64,000 bases of DNA, taken from a virus (taxonomy: Duplodnaviria > Caudoviricetes). Both the position numbers and the translations under genes were made by a program. The stretch covers positions 32,001-96,000 of IMG/VR virus record IMGVR_UViG_3300029288_000067. One strand, given 5' to 3'. The notes under the pieces are model-generated. The model saw nothing but the letters and a program-made list of their open reading frames with translations, was not told where the DNA came from and did no database searches. Positions 42,167-53,701 of the stretch are shown here, piece by piece (position 1 is the first letter of the stretch; each line of letters opens with the position of its first letter).

Positions 42167-43122
42167 GCCATTATCGATGTTTTTCAATCAGTCTTTCACG
42201 AAACCTTTGATAAAGTCTCGGAGGAGATTCCCAAACATCATTTTGTATCACCATAGGGCTCTTTGTATTCTCTACAACCCAATTTTGAAAACTCCCCGGG
42301 GTGTGATCGTTCATAATCTGCCGGATTAACCCAACAAAAGCTTTCAAGCCTTTCTCGGTATCAATATGGTATAGAGAAACCCCCATAGGGTTTGTTACAT
42401 TCTGCCCTCCGGCAAACCCATCTACCCTTACCTCAGATCCCCAAACACTGTTGAAGTCTTTTGCATACTGATAAGGAATTCCCCCATTCGTCGTGGATGC
42501 TACCCAATAGTACCAATTTCGGGTAAAAGACCAAAATTGTAATGCCCCTTGAATGCAATAGGGTACTTCCCCTTCATCAACAAAGGGGAACTGGAAGGGG
42601 ACAACCCCAGCGTCCCGCAATTCCTGCAAAATGGTAGCATTTACCTCTGTAAATTCTTCCGGGTGTTGTATCATCGTGGTATGGTGTTTTGCTAAATTTT
42701 TCATATATTTCCTTTATTCTGGTAATCTTTCACATCTCCAACATTCCACAAAGGACCCATCCATCAAAACAAAACACAATCGATCTTTACCTCCCAGGTT
42801 TTGTTTCTGTATCGACACAGGAAATTCAATTTTTTCCTTCGATTTGAAAGGCTTCCCACTCTTCTTGATAATGGGCTGATTCAGAAATGATACAAAATCT
42901 TGTTCAGTTTCTGTGCTTTTCCACATATACCTTTGCCCTTTCATTTCCCGAGAATTCCCACCCATGATACTCAACTCCTTCGAATAAAAATCTTATATTT
43001 ACGCCTCATCAGAAGAAAGAACAAGAGATTCACCCCAAAGACGTGATAAAATGGTTTCTTGTGGTTTTTGTATACAACTTGTTCTATGGGCATACTCAAC
43101 TCCTTTTTGTAGTCTCCCCAGT

Positions 43123-43151
43123 ATATTACCCGGAAACCGGCGAAACTTCAA
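43123..43151 (-). promoter_or_regulatory. repeated promoter
   Basis: TTGAAG-N17-TAATAT. Confidence 0.8.
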
Positions 43152-43153
43152 AA

Positions 43154-44248
43154 TCACTTAACCCAATCGTACAAACGGTCCAAGTTCATTTCCTGCAGAC
43201 CCTGCTTCACAGTTTTTACCAAACCTTTTCGAAGAGAGAAAAGAACACCGGAGAAAGGAAACTTCACTGCTTCCAGTGCAAAATCTTTCTGCCCGGAAAT
43301 ATCCTTGATCTTTTCATACTCTGCTTCAATCTTCTTTACAAGGGCAATGAAGCTTTGCGAGATTCTTTCAAATTCTGCACGGTATTCCGGGAAGTATGTC
43401 AAAAATTCAGTGCTTTCATTTGTTCGAATAATCTCTACCAATTTTTTAGCAGATATCCCCTCTTTGATGTGGTGAAGAGCTACGTACTGTGGATTCTTGA
43501 TCTTCACCCGCCCGAAACTTCCATTCCATTTCGTGAGATCCCGAACAACATACCCTTCCCCATTGTCGATTGCATTCAAATCCTTCGCCATTTCTGCAAC
43601 CTCTTCAAGAGATTGCATAGGATAAGATTTAACACAATCCCACTTGTTTTCTTTTGCAATACGTTCCGGTTCTTGCTCTTCCAATGTTTCCACATCCCGG
43701 GCAGAATGAAGAGCAATACGAGGTTTAGGATACACGCAAACAACTCGATTATACTGTGTAACCATTTCGAACCCATAGCAGAGTTTTTCATTTACCGGAA
43801 GAGAATACCCCAGTTGCTTCCACACGTCCCAGAACAGATCCGCGAAGGTTCCTGCATAGAATCCCCCGGAAATTTCTCCGGAAGCATCTGGTAACCCCGA
43901 GGAGGAAACCAACCACTCTCCATTGTAGAAAAAAACCTGCATAAGGCTTCCGTCAAGCTTCTCATATGCTTTTGCAGTGGACAAGTCTATTTTGTCTGCA
44001 TGTCCCTCCCCGTGGTTGAAGAATTTACGCATCGTATAACAAACAACAGCCCAATTGTTTGTCGAGTCGAGAATAATCCCCCGGGCTTCTTGCACAATTC
44101 TTTCCCCCATAGGAGAATCAATTTGATTGTACTTGAACAGTAGCAGGTTGGGGTATTTCCCGTGGGGTTTTACGGCAATAGCATACTTTTCGGTAAGCTC
44201 TGCGGGGGTTCCACCATTCCGAAGATATTTTTGAATTTCAAGTTCCAT
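43154..44248 (-). CDS. T4 Rnl1-like RNA ligase
   Basis: EARGIIL, KFFN, EKLDGS, FE, EGYVV, RVKIKNPQY. Confidence 0.92.
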   Translation of the reverse strand: MELEIQKYLRNGGTPAELTEKYAIAVKPHGKYPNLLLFKYNQIDSPMGERIVQEARGIILDSTNNWAVVCYTMRKFFNHGEGHADKIDLSTAKAYEKLDGSLMQVFFYNGEWLVSSSGLPDASGEISGGFYAGTFADLFWDVWKQLGYSLPVNEKLCYGFEMVTQYNRVVCVYPKPRIALHSARDVETLEEQEPERIAKENKWDCVKSYPMQSLEEVAEMAKDLNAIDNGEGYVVRDLTKWNGSFGRVKIKNPQYVALHHIKEGISAKKLVEIIRTNESTEFLTYFPEYRAEFERISQSFIALVKKIEAEYEKIKDISGQKDFALEAVKFPFSGVLFSLRKGLVKTVKQGLQEMNLDRLYDWVK

Positions 44249-44582
44249 ATGCTTCCTTTATCTTTGTGTTTTTACTCAGTATCCAGCACAGGAGACAAGC
44301 ACGGTAATCTCTCTCCCAAAATAATCAATTACAACATCCTGCACCATAAAGGCATGTTTTGCATACTCCACTGCGTCTTTTTCCATTTGATGGTAGGGTC
44401 TTGCGCGAAGGTAAATAAGCTGCCCTTTTTGGGGCAAGGGAACTCCTCTTTCTTCATCTTCCCCGGGGAAATCCGCAAATTCACAACTAACTGCTGAAGA
44501 ACGGTGGGACACAAATTGAACATCAAATCCAAAATGTTTCATTTGCTTACTCCTAGAAACTATATTTGTATTCCTCGAAAAT

Positions 44583-44611
44583 ATATTACCCGAGCCCCAA
44601 CAAAACTTCAA
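44583..44611 (-). promoter_or_regulatory. repeated promoter
   Basis: TTGAAG-N17-TAATAT. Confidence 0.8.
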
Positions 44612-44825
44612 ATTATTGCCCAACTTTTCCCACATTTTTGTATTTTACAGAATAGGCTCCGGCAGTATTTTGCAATCCTACAATATTTTCCGGCGGGGTA
44701 TTGGTATACACAATAATTGATTCATTGGTAGTTCCGATACCAACAAACCAATTCATGCCAGAGTATTTCTTTACCAAAATTTCAATTTCCTTATCCATTG
44801 ATTTTTGTAGAGTCATAATGACCTC

Positions 44826-45530
44826 CTACCAATAATGGAGAATCTTTCGAACAGCCCGCAATAGGACTGCCTGCAACCAACCACCCCAGCCTTCTTTTTC
44901 GAGTATTTGGACTTCTTTTCGAAATTCATTTCTTTTTTGCCGGGAGGGGGATTCCTTTTTCTTCTTGCACAGAATCTCTGGGGGAACATCTTCCGTTATT
45001 TTATTCTGCTTCTCTTCTGGATCTCCCGCGATTTTTACAGTGTAAGCAAATATGTCTTCCAGGATAATCTTTGGTTTTGTTGTATATACAGGGGTATATC
45101 CATCCACCCCACACCAAATGTGCGTTATTACCGGGGCAAGATCATAATGTTTCATTATTTCAATTAAATCGTGCATTATGCAAGACATTTTCTCTGTCCC
45201 ACCCGAGGTATTGACAAGAATTTCTTCAATAGTATTCCCGGATTTAGCACACTTTTTGAGAATAATCCGGACCTGTTTGAACAATTTTCGAAGAGTTGAA
45301 AGATAATCATCTGTGCCGTGAAAGGGGTTAGATATTGTGACAAGACTTGTATTGGGCTTCAATTGCAATGAAATTTCGTCTACAATATTTTCCCCACAAA
45401 ATACAATTGCTTCCTTGAAGCAGAATGTTTCTTCAGCATGTTGAAGAAAATTATGTCTTTTCGATGCTGTAATGCCCGTAGAAACAATGTAAAGTATTTC
45501 GGTTTGCATACTTTTCCTTTCTTTACTCAT
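44826..45530 (-). CDS. possible CARF-like Rossmann-fold protein
   Basis: N-terminal strand ILYIVSTG and ILVNTSGGTEKMS. Confidence 0.4.
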   Translation of the reverse strand: MSKERKSMQTEILYIVSTGITASKRHNFLQHAEETFCFKEAIVFCGENIVDEISLQLKPNTSLVTISNPFHGTDDYLSTLRKLFKQVRIILKKCAKSGNTIEEILVNTSGGTEKMSCIMHDLIEIMKHYDLAPVITHIWCGVDGYTPVYTTKPKIILEDIFAYTVKIAGDPEEKQNKITEDVPPEILCKKKKESPSRQKRNEFRKEVQILEKEGWGGWLQAVLLRAVRKILHYW

Positions 45531-45872
45531 GGAGTCCTGAGAAAAGATTCACTGGGGCTTAAGTTTTTTGAGATAGGCTTCCAGCTTTGCCCGGAATTTT
45601 TTGAGGGCGGCATATGTTGGTAGACTCACTTCAACATATGGGTTGGGTTGGGGTCCACGGTGAAACATTGTCTCAGTGTTTACTCCCCCTTTTTTCAAAA
45701 TCCAGTCTTCTATAATATTACAATCTTCATACTCAACCCCACCATCTACCATATGCTTTCTAACATACATAAATTGAGGGTCAAGGACCCATGAGGGGAG
45801 AAACAACTTCATTGTCATCCCTGCGTTTTGTGTCAACATTTTTGTATTTGCCCTTTATGTCTGTATGTTGGT

Positions 45873-45901
45873 ATATTACCACAACGGCAATAAAACTTCA
45901 A
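45873..45901 (-). promoter_or_regulatory. repeated promoter
   Basis: TTGAAG-N17-TAATAT. Confidence 0.8.
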
Positions 45902-45906
45902 AAAAG

Positions 45907-45932
45907 AACCCCGGGAAAGGAGACCCGGGGTT
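45907..45932 (-). terminator. intrinsic terminator
   Basis: AACCCCGGG/CCCGGGGTT followed by CTTTTTT on minus strand. Confidence 0.75.
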
Positions 45933-46861
45933 AAAGGAGTGATTGTTTATGAGAGATTCGAGAGAACCAAAAGGAAGTTACTTCAATACAATATACACCT
46001 TCTGCACGTCGGAATGCAAGAGGGGAAGTGAATGCAAAATATTAATTACCGTGTAGGCATCTTTTTCTCCAACAAGAATCTGTTCTCCAATTTTTGGAAG
46101 AAAGGCCAGATGGTTCTTATATGGGGTCATCTCTTTTACAGATGCAATCTTGGTTTTATTCACAGACAAAGGTTTGAAAGTCTCATCCACAAAATAAATT
46201 TTGGAAATTTTTTGCATTGCTTGAAAGGATTCCTTTGTGGAATTGGAATAATCTGGGAATGATTTCAGGGGCTCCATAGGTCTAATTTCTTTTTTCATTC
46301 AATTATCCCCAATAAGAATAATTTGTATTCCATAAAACCATTTACTTCCACTTTACCTAAATCAGATGACGCTGTAAGGATTGCATTCTCGTGCTCGATA
46401 AAGCCTAATTCATCTACGTCCTTGGATTCTTTTCCGAGGGCAAGATAAAACACCATATCGTAACTGTCCGGAACAAGCCCCTCTTTTTGTGCTTCTTTTT
46501 TTATTTCGGAAGTCAAAGAAGGGAGGGAGGATTTTATCAAATCTTTGGGGGTTTCGAAATCCCCCGTTTTTTCATCCTCGGCAATATTGTACACCACAAG
46601 AGATTTGGTTTCTTTTAAAACCTCAAAATCTGGGGATTCCAGTTTTATTACTACAGCCATATTTATTCCTTTGGATTTTTCAATTCCCCAATTTTCTTAG
46701 AAAGAGTTGTGAATTCCTGTTCAATTTCTGTTTCTTGTGGAAATAATTCCATGAAAGATTCCCGGCAATTTTTCAAATCCTTCACAAACTTCTCAAGCAT
46801 GGATTCCCGGAAAGATTTTACAATTGCTTTTTTGCAATGCAGATAGTGTTTGTCTTCCATA

Positions 46862-47239
46862 TTACTTCCCCGCGAGGTAATCAATATCTTCTTTTGTTTC
46901 AGAAGCTTTCTTGCTGAAATCATTCTTTTTCAAATCTTCCACATTTTTACTGGGTTCCGGGTTTTTCTTTTTTCCGCCCATCATAGGATCAAAGGTGGTA
47001 GCAAGGTAGGCTTCATCTTCTTTATCTTCAACTCCCTCGGGCATTTCAGAACCAATAGCAGGAATCTTTCCCATACCCGAACCAGAGGGGGTTGGAGATT
47101 TTACTTCAGAAGGATTCTTTGTATTGATATCTTTCACAAACTTATCAATTTCCTCCGGTTTATATCCTTCTTCTAACAATTGAATGTAATTGTCTTTAAG
47201 ATCCGCAGCCAATTTTGCGGCACGGTACGTTTTCAACAT
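46862..47239 (-). CDS. hypothetical protein with Ala-ending leader (MLKTYRAAKLA)
   Basis: ATG at 47239 with AAGGA SD. Confidence 0.6.
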   Translation of the reverse strand: MLKTYRAAKLAADLKDNYIQLLEEGYKPEEIDKFVKDINTKNPSEVKSPTPSGSGMGKIPAIGSEMPEGVEDKEDEAYLATTFDPMMGGKKKNPEPSKNVEDLKKNDFSKKASETKEDIDYLAGK

Positions 47240-47287
47240 ATAATATCCTTTCAGAGTAATTTCATTATTGCACAAATAATGCTGAGA

Positions 47288-47842
47288 TTATTTATACGGG
47301 TCAAGTAAATCTACAAGATCTGAGTGCTTATCCCGGATGTATCTGCGAAAATGAACGTCATAGACATGCTTTGAAATCCCGGCTGAGAGGGGGTAAAACA
47401 ATGGTCTTGCCGGTTGATTATGAGATGGGACACCCTTTTCCAACCATTTTACAATATCCTCGATAGGAGCCCCGGTTTCCGGGTGGATAATGCCGTGCTT
47501 AAATCCAATGGCATAATTATTGGTCTGAATTTTCCAAATCTCAATATGATTTTGGAGAAATCCGGTCATTTGCCAGAATCCATGTCTCCAACCTTTTCTC
47601 AACTTTCTTCGAGCATACGCAGGAGAGAGGGGGGCATATCTTACTGGGAATTTTTGCATTTTTATGGCGTTCAAAACAAGAGATTTCAAGAAATTCAGGA
47701 GGTACAAAGCAAACCCTTCTGTTACCTCTCGGACCCTATTAGAGTCCAATTCTCGCAGAAGGGTTTGTGCCCGAGAGTTTTTTGACAAAGGTTCCCACGT
47801 ATACAAATCCACAACCTCTATCAAAATAATTCCCGAGGGCAT
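47288..47842 (-). CDS. virion morphogenesis (neck/tail-completion-like) protein
   Basis: APLSPAY..RK...TG.L...I...LE.G....PARP. Confidence 0.65.
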   Translation of the reverse strand: MPSGIILIEVVDLYTWEPLSKNSRAQTLLRELDSNRVREVTEGFALYLLNFLKSLVLNAIKMQKFPVRYAPLSPAYARRKLRKGWRHGFWQMTGFLQNHIEIWKIQTNNYAIGFKHGIIHPETGAPIEDIVKWLEKGVPSHNQPARPLFYPLSAGISKHVYDVHFRRYIRDKHSDLVDLLDPYK

Positions 47843-47847
47843 TTATT

Positions 47848-48768
47848 TTACACCTTATTCTTAAATTCTTCTTCCAGATCCGAGTACATCATTGTGGCTA
47901 AATCCCCCTCTGATTCCAACTTGGAGTTTGGCCCAGGATGATAATCTGATGTGGACAGAATACTATACAACTCAGAGCTTTGTCCAGAGTGATAATCTGT
48001 AGCAAAATAATAAATAGCTACTTCCGCATCATCTTTCCAATCCCCAAATTTTTCATATTGGCTCTGCAAGAAAGACAACATTTGGTCCTTCAAAGAGGAT
48101 GATGGTTCTTCCTCTTCCACGGATTCATCCATTTCAGAATCATTTTCAGAAATCTCTTCAACCTTTACACATTTTACCATCTTATCTTGGGGGTGTTCAT
48201 CTGTATCCCCGAAGTTGAAAGATTGTCCCTCGAAATATTTCTTTGCTTCTTCCAAAGTACCATTAAATCCTGTAGTAATGGTGTTTCCATCTTCATAGGT
48301 ACATTTTACCGTAATTCTATTTACTGCAATTTTCTGCAATGGCTTATCATTTGCCCAAACAGCATCATTTTCTGGATCGATCCCCAAAGCTTTCAATCCC
48401 TTTTTCTGCAAAATCTTACCCGTATTGGGCTCATCTCTCTTGCAGTCTTTTGCATCTTCCACGAATTCCCATCCGGAGTGAATTCTTGTATTGTCAGCAT
48501 TCAAAACATAAAACTTGTAATCGGGGTTGTTAATTTTTGAGAAAAAGGTTCTTCCCGCCAGATATGTTACCGCTTCCTTCAGATCTTTCCCAATCAACTT
48601 TGCAGAAGTTTTTGTGATATGATGCTGTTGTTCTGGGGTAAGTGCCTGAATCTCTGTGGGGACCGTGGTATAGGCTTCTTTGCTTTCTTTCGAAGGATCA
48701 AATTCCGGTTCAGGAACTGCAGGATTAAAATCCTTTTTGTTTTTATCGGCAATGACCAATCTTTTCAT
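47848..48768 (-). CDS. multi-segment hypothetical protein, probable virion component
   Basis: 306-aa ORF within structural-like cluster; MKRLVIA leader. Confidence 0.55.
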   Translation of the reverse strand: MKRLVIADKNKKDFNPAVPEPEFDPSKESKEAYTTVPTEIQALTPEQQHHITKTSAKLIGKDLKEAVTYLAGRTFFSKINNPDYKFYVLNADNTRIHSGWEFVEDAKDCKRDEPNTGKILQKKGLKALGIDPENDAVWANDKPLQKIAVNRITVKCTYEDGNTITTGFNGTLEEAKKYFEGQSFNFGDTDEHPQDKMVKCVKVEEISENDSEMDESVEEEEPSSSLKDQMLSFLQSQYEKFGDWKDDAEVAIYYFATDYHSGQSSELYSILSTSDYHPGPNSKLESEGDLATMMYSDLEEEFKNKV

Positions 48769-48790
48769 TTTTAGACCTCTTTTATGTGAT

Positions 48791-48820
48791 AAAGGGAGGA
48801 GGATTTCTCCCCCTCCCTTT
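48791..48820 (-). terminator. intrinsic terminator
   Basis: AAAGGGAGG/CCTCCCTTT inverted repeat. Confidence 0.7.
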
Positions 48821-48837
48821 TATTTAATGTTCAGAAC

Positions 48838-49089
48838 TTAAGAAGCAGAAATTGCACTTCCAATAGGACCAGCAACTAACCATGCAGATCCGGTAGAAAT
48901 TGCCAAACAAGGAATTCCTCCGGCCCCATTACTTACATAAATCAAAGCCCCGGGCATAGAAGCTGCCGCAGGAACTGTTGCAACAGTGTAAGAGGGGAGA
49001 GTTACGGCCCCGGCCAAAGGCCCCACAAAAGCCTTAGAAGAGACTTTCTTTACCTTCAAATTACCTTTTGCATCCAAAAATACTGCCAT
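48838..49089 (-). CDS. small Ala/Gly-rich virion decoration/fibre-like protein
   Basis: YTVATVPAA...GALIYVSNG...A.S.G..W; followed by terminator. Confidence 0.55.
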   Translation of the reverse strand: MAVFLDAKGNLKVKKVSSKAFVGPLAGAVTLPSYTVATVPAAASMPGALIYVSNGAGGIPCLAISTGSAWLVAGPIGSAISAS

Positions 49090-49229
49090 ACTGTTTTCCT
49101 TTCGTCTTTCGACTGGGAGATTCCACCAAAAATACTTTTGGCTATCCTATCGAAAGATATGAAAAGAATAACACTTTTAAACAGGTAGTAATTTCTTCCT
49201 GTTTGGAATTAACTTTTACGAGGGAAAAA

Positions 49230-49769
49230 ATGAAATATCTTTCTACGCTATATTGTGCAGACAACCCTGTGCCACCCAAAAAGCCAGATGTAAAAGACCC
49301 TACTAAAAATGAGGATAAGCCTTTACAAGAGGCATTAAATAGACACATGATTGAGCCCTTGAAATTAATTGGGGCTTTTCAAAAGAGATTTGTTACTTTC
49401 TTGTCAGGATTGTACTCTACCGGGATCCCTCAAGAAATAACGAATAAAATTCATACATCCGCTCTCAGTATAAATGACCAATTAAATTCGGTTATTACTG
49501 CAATGAAAGAATACAACCCCCAAAAAACTTCCAAGGTGTTGAATAATTTGTTTCGTAAAATAAAACAATCAAAACATATTGCTGCTGTTTCCCCAGAGCA
49601 TATTCAGGAAGTTAAATCTTGGCGAGATGCCCTTGTAACTATTTGGACCAAAACACTCTCTGCACGACAATATATCCCTCCTGAAAGATATGACCGGTTG
49701 AAAGCCAGTTTAACAAGATTGTTTGAGTTGACTGATAACTTGGGGATTCTTTTGCAATCGGTGAAATAA
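49230..49769 (+). CDS. hypothetical helical protein (MKYLSTLYCA leader)
   Basis: ATG at 49230 with GAGG SD; divergent from structural cluster. Confidence 0.6.
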   Translation: MKYLSTLYCADNPVPPKKPDVKDPTKNEDKPLQEALNRHMIEPLKLIGAFQKRFVTFLSGLYSTGIPQEITNKIHTSALSINDQLNSVITAMKEYNPQKTSKVLNNLFRKIKQSKHIAAVSPEHIQEVKSWRDALVTIWTKTLSARQYIPPERYDRLKASLTRLFELTDNLGILLQSVK

Positions 49770-50183
49770 CTTATAGGACATCACGAAGCAACACTTCCCC
49801 GGCATTGTAGACCAATTCATATTTCGCAAAACTCTTGAAAGCAAAATACTTTTCTTTCAAACTCTCCCCAATCCGGAGTATCTTCTCTTGTGTATCTTTG
49901 TCCAGTTTTGCGAAGGGGAGAATCTCATCCGGTTGAAATTCATAGGTGGGCATATTGATAAACAGATCCCACTCCTGTTGTGACTCCATCTGCCAGATTT
50001 GTTTCTGGAGCATATTTTCTGGGGGGGCTTCCAGATCTTCCCCCCGATTGTACATGTCCCAAGCCCTCTTCAAAATTTCGACACCATAAGGGGAGTCAAT
50101 GATATTCTTGAAAGATTCTCGGAGATTCATCCGGGGCACTTTTACAATGTAATCATTTTTCATGTTTATCACCTCTTACTTAT

Positions 50184-50212
50184 ATATTACCCCGAGAGTG
50201 ACAAAACTTCAA
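50184..50212 (-). promoter_or_regulatory. repeated promoter
   Basis: TTGAAG-N17-TAATAT. Confidence 0.8.
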
Positions 50213-51320
50213 ACTGTTAGGGCTCCCCAGTAAAAGTCCTACTACCCGGGGAAACCTTAAGCTCTTTTGCGTAAATGATTTGTGTGTCATTGAACCTTTT
50301 CACCAATTCTGCAATCTTTACACTCTGCAAAGCATTTTCCGCCCGGATCTCTTTCAACTCTGTTTTGATAATTTGCAGATCTTTGTAGGAGTCCTGGGTG
50401 GTTTGAATAGAAAAGGATATTGTCAATAACAGAGCGATGAAACAGCACATGGTCCAAATTTTATAGAAAGTATTCATATTATTCTGTCTCCTTTTTGATT
50501 GCCTCATCCATCATACACCAACCTGTAATATACCCCGTCTCAAATTCATTGTCAAATTTCAAATTCTTCTCTGGATAAAATTTCCGATCTTCAACTCCCA
50601 AGGCCCATCCATGCATGAAGTGGGGTGTTAACCAAGACGCTTCCCGAAGTATGTTTCGGGAAGAGAGATGCAAGTCATATTCATCCATCCCAGATTTTGA
50701 TTGAAAGAAGGATGGCATAGCATTCCTTTCTATTTCAGCCCATCGATCTACAATATTTTTTGCGGTATTCATTGTATCACCCCGGAAAAGCATCATAATC
50801 TTTTACAAAGGACTCTCCAAGACATTTTGGGCAGGAAAAAGATTGACTCCTACGCATTGTTGTAGATGGTTTAAAAACTTCATCACAATGGGGACAAGTA
50901 ATAGCCCACACATTTGTCCGTTGATCCCAAGATAACCCGATCCATTTTACCTGAGTAGCTTCTTTAGGATCGAGATGCGAATTCAATTGTCTTTTTGTCA
51001 TATGTTTCCCCATTATTCAACATATATTATTCCATTTGATCGATTTGTGCAGAGGTGAATCGGGAGGTCAAAGGCAAAGTCCGAACAATTTTATTTTCGG
51101 TGTAAGAATGAGATATACTGGATTGATTGTCCCCGGTATAAAAGCAAACAAACCACTCCCCCTCAACATTCTGCCCTCTTCCATAGATTTCAATAATATC
51201 TTCCCACACCCCATATGGGTTGAGTGCTTTGTCCCCAACCTTCAAATTTTGGATTTGTTCCGCAGTAGGTTTAAAAATTTCAAGGTTCATTGTCGCCCCC
51301 GGTATTTAAATTTCAAAGAT

Positions 51321-51349
51321 ATATTACCGGGAGACAAACAAAACTTCAA
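51321..51349 (-). promoter_or_regulatory. repeated promoter
   Basis: TTGAAG-N17-TAATAT. Confidence 0.8.
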
Positions 51350-51352
51350 GAA

Positions 51353-52465
51353 TTAAATTTGTACACCCACTTGCCGAAGTGTAGTATTTACCTCTTCGGT
51401 AAAATTCCCTTGTGTCATCTCATTGAACAAATCCTTCAAGGATTCATCGGGAGACACGGCTTCTTCTACGTATTGGAGCATAGACCCTGATTGGTGAGAT
51501 GTATTGATTGCAACATTTACTGCCGCAAAAATATCCCCAAGGGATTCTGCAGCAATCAATCCATTGTAAGCATTTTGTACATTTTCTCGGGTTTGCTCAA
51601 TACCCCTCGGCCTCCAATATCCGAACCACAGAGGAAATACAACAGTAGCCCCAATGGATACTAAGAGGGACTGCTTTGCATCTTCGTCATATGTATTTTC
51701 AAAGAAACTCATCAACTCTTCGTATTTCATATTTTCTGCATAATCTCTCCAAAAATTAGGGGTATCAAACTTTTCTTGGAGCATCCGTTCAATTTCTACA
51801 TCAATTTCTTCTTCTGATAACTCTGGTTGAAGGCTGTTTTCTTCTTCAAAACTTTCCGGGTTGGACTTCCAATCACTTTTCAGCATTTCCCTGTCCACTT
51901 CTTTCAAGGAATCAATATCTTCCCCCATGACATCCTTGAAAGCATTTATTGCCCGGGGGTCTTCAAATAATCTTTGAAGAAAATCATTTTGCCAGTTTCG
52001 GCGCATTTGTTGAACATTATATGCTGTGGGGTAAATTCCATTATTCTTGTAACGAACAAACTCATCAAAGAACCCATTCACAACATTTTCAAAAGACCCA
52101 TCTGCAGCATATGCATCATAGATTCTTGCTTGTGCCCATTGTTGGGGATTCATAATAGCATGTCCTCGTAGCCATTTGGAAAAAACCCCTTCAAAAATTT
52201 CCTTCATCTCCAAAGAAACTTCTTGGAAAGTCTCTTGAACTCTTTCCAAAATAACATCTTTTCTTCGTTCCATTCCCGAAAATGGCTTATTTTTTAACAT
52301 CGAATAGGTATATTCCAACCGATAGAAATCTCCCACAAGCATTACAAAATCTCCGGAATACCCAATCCCATAATCCCCATCATGAATATTACCTTGTTCG
52401 GAATTCCGGGTCCAAAGAGTTTCATTGCCTGCGGCAAGAAAACTGTAAGCCATAATCATTCGCAT
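51353..52465 (-). CDS. acidic hypothetical protein
   Basis: long ORF; start at 52465 or 52453. Confidence 0.65.
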   Translation of the reverse strand: MRMIMAYSFLAAGNETLWTRNSEQGNIHDGDYGIGYSGDFVMLVGDFYRLEYTYSMLKNKPFSGMERRKDVILERVQETFQEVSLEMKEIFEGVFSKWLRGHAIMNPQQWAQARIYDAYAADGSFENVVNGFFDEFVRYKNNGIYPTAYNVQQMRRNWQNDFLQRLFEDPRAINAFKDVMGEDIDSLKEVDREMLKSDWKSNPESFEEENSLQPELSEEEIDVEIERMLQEKFDTPNFWRDYAENMKYEELMSFFENTYDEDAKQSLLVSIGATVVFPLWFGYWRPRGIEQTRENVQNAYNGLIAAESLGDIFAAVNVAINTSHQSGSMLQYVEEAVSPDESLKDLFNEMTQGNFTEEVNTTLRQVGVQI

Positions 52466-52518
52466 ATGTGAAAAATCCTTTTTGGAATATACGAAGAAGA
52501 AAATTTTATCACATAAAT

Positions 52519-52556
52519 AAAAATCTCCCCAACACAAGAATGCTGGGGAGATTTTT
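52519..52556 (-). terminator. intrinsic terminator
   Basis: AAAAATCTCCCCA/TGGGGAGATTTTT. Confidence 0.75.
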
Positions 52557-52562
52557 TACTGT

Positions 52563-53159
52563 TTACAGATCTGCAATTTTTTCGGAAGTTTCCCGCATCA
52601 ACTGCAATGCTTTTTTCACATTGGCCTTGATATTGTGCTTTTCGAGAAAGTCACAAAGAACAACGGAGAAATCCTTGAAAATCTCCGAGGGTCGTAACCG
52701 TGTTGCCGCAATCTGGGGCTGTGCAATTGTTTCCGGGGGAAGAGTTTTTAAACGGGGGATGTTTCGGGAAGAATCCGATTTTACCACCCTCTGAATCACA
52801 ACCTTCTTCTCTTTCTTCGGGAAGTACTTTGTGCTGTAGCACTTTTTGCAAACATTCATGAAGCCATCCGAACTAGCGGATCTCCTGAAAAAATTAGCAC
52901 TTGTGAGAGCCTTTGTGTCTTCGCATTTCGGGCAGAATTTCAACGGGATTTCATGAAAATCCACCGAACCTACATCTTTGAAGTCTGTTTTACTGGGAAC
53001 ACAATCTCGTGTTGAGAGCCACAAATGTTCCATCTTCTTTCTTACTGCGGCAACAGTCCTCCGAAGATTTGTGGACAAAAGAGGGAGGGTCATTGTTGTG
53101 TAGTTTTTCTTCAGAAAAGAAATATCCCTTTCCGTCCACTTTTTACAATGCTTGGTCAT
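52563..53159 (-). CDS. putative DNA-binding protein (HTH + CxxC zinc ribbon)
   Basis: KWTERDISFLKKNY...RTVAAVR; CPKC...DG...CKKC. Confidence 0.55.
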   Translation of the reverse strand: MTKHCKKWTERDISFLKKNYTTMTLPLLSTNLRRTVAAVRKKMEHLWLSTRDCVPSKTDFKDVGSVDFHEIPLKFCPKCEDTKALTSANFFRRSASSDGFMNVCKKCYSTKYFPKKEKKVVIQRVVKSDSSRNIPRLKTLPPETIAQPQIAATRLRPSEIFKDFSVVLCDFLEKHNIKANVKKALQLMRETSEKIADL

Positions 53160-53222
53160 AAATTCTCCTGTATTTTAATTATTTTACGGGCAACAAATGA
53201 TATCACTTCTCAAACGAAATTG

Positions 53223-53672
53223 TCAAATCTGGTAGTGAAAATCCTCAAAATAAAATTCTACATGCCCTTCCGGTAAGTTGTATACCCCTTTTATTGCCTC
53301 CTGTACCTCCATATTTTTCTTCAATTTCTTCGGTAAATAAACCCGAAATATATTTTTGTTGGGATCAGCAAAGAAAACAATACGTCCTCGGGGAATTTCT
53401 TCATACTCGAAATGTTTCCACTTTGGGTTTTCTCTTTTTATTTCTTTCCATTCAGAATAATGGTCCCCGGAATAAATCTTATTTCCATCCCACGTTTCTG
53501 CCTTGTTGAGCGGAATACTCTTTCCCCAAATCTTTTTTGTAGGGTTATTCACATCCACCCAAAAAATACCCACCTCTGGGATAGATGCGGTTTTGCTCTT
53601 ATCCTGGAAAAAAGCACACATGTTTCTAATATGCACTTCTCTTGTTAAAGCAGAATACTTTTTCATACTCAT
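53223..53672 (-). CDS. hypothetical protein (P.VGIFW...PRGR...D.HY)
   Basis: ORF; likely start MKKYS at 53666. Confidence 0.6.
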   Translation of the reverse strand: MSMKKYSALTREVHIRNMCAFFQDKSKTASIPEVGIFWVDVNNPTKKIWGKSIPLNKAETWDGNKIYSGDHYSEWKEIKRENPKWKHFEYEEIPRGRIVFFADPNKNIFRVYLPKKLKKNMEVQEAIKGVYNLPEGHVEFYFEDFHYQI

Positions 53673-53701
53673 ATATTACCCTTTAGGGGGTAAAACTTCA
53701 A
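53673..53701 (-). promoter_or_regulatory. repeated promoter (possible leaderless transcript)
   Basis: TTGAAG-N17-TAATAT. Confidence 0.75.

Noticed and set aside
36643-43894. Long plus-strand ORFs (36643-37341, 43043-43894 and similar)
   Set aside because: They are antisense shadows of well-supported minus-strand genes and have no motifs.
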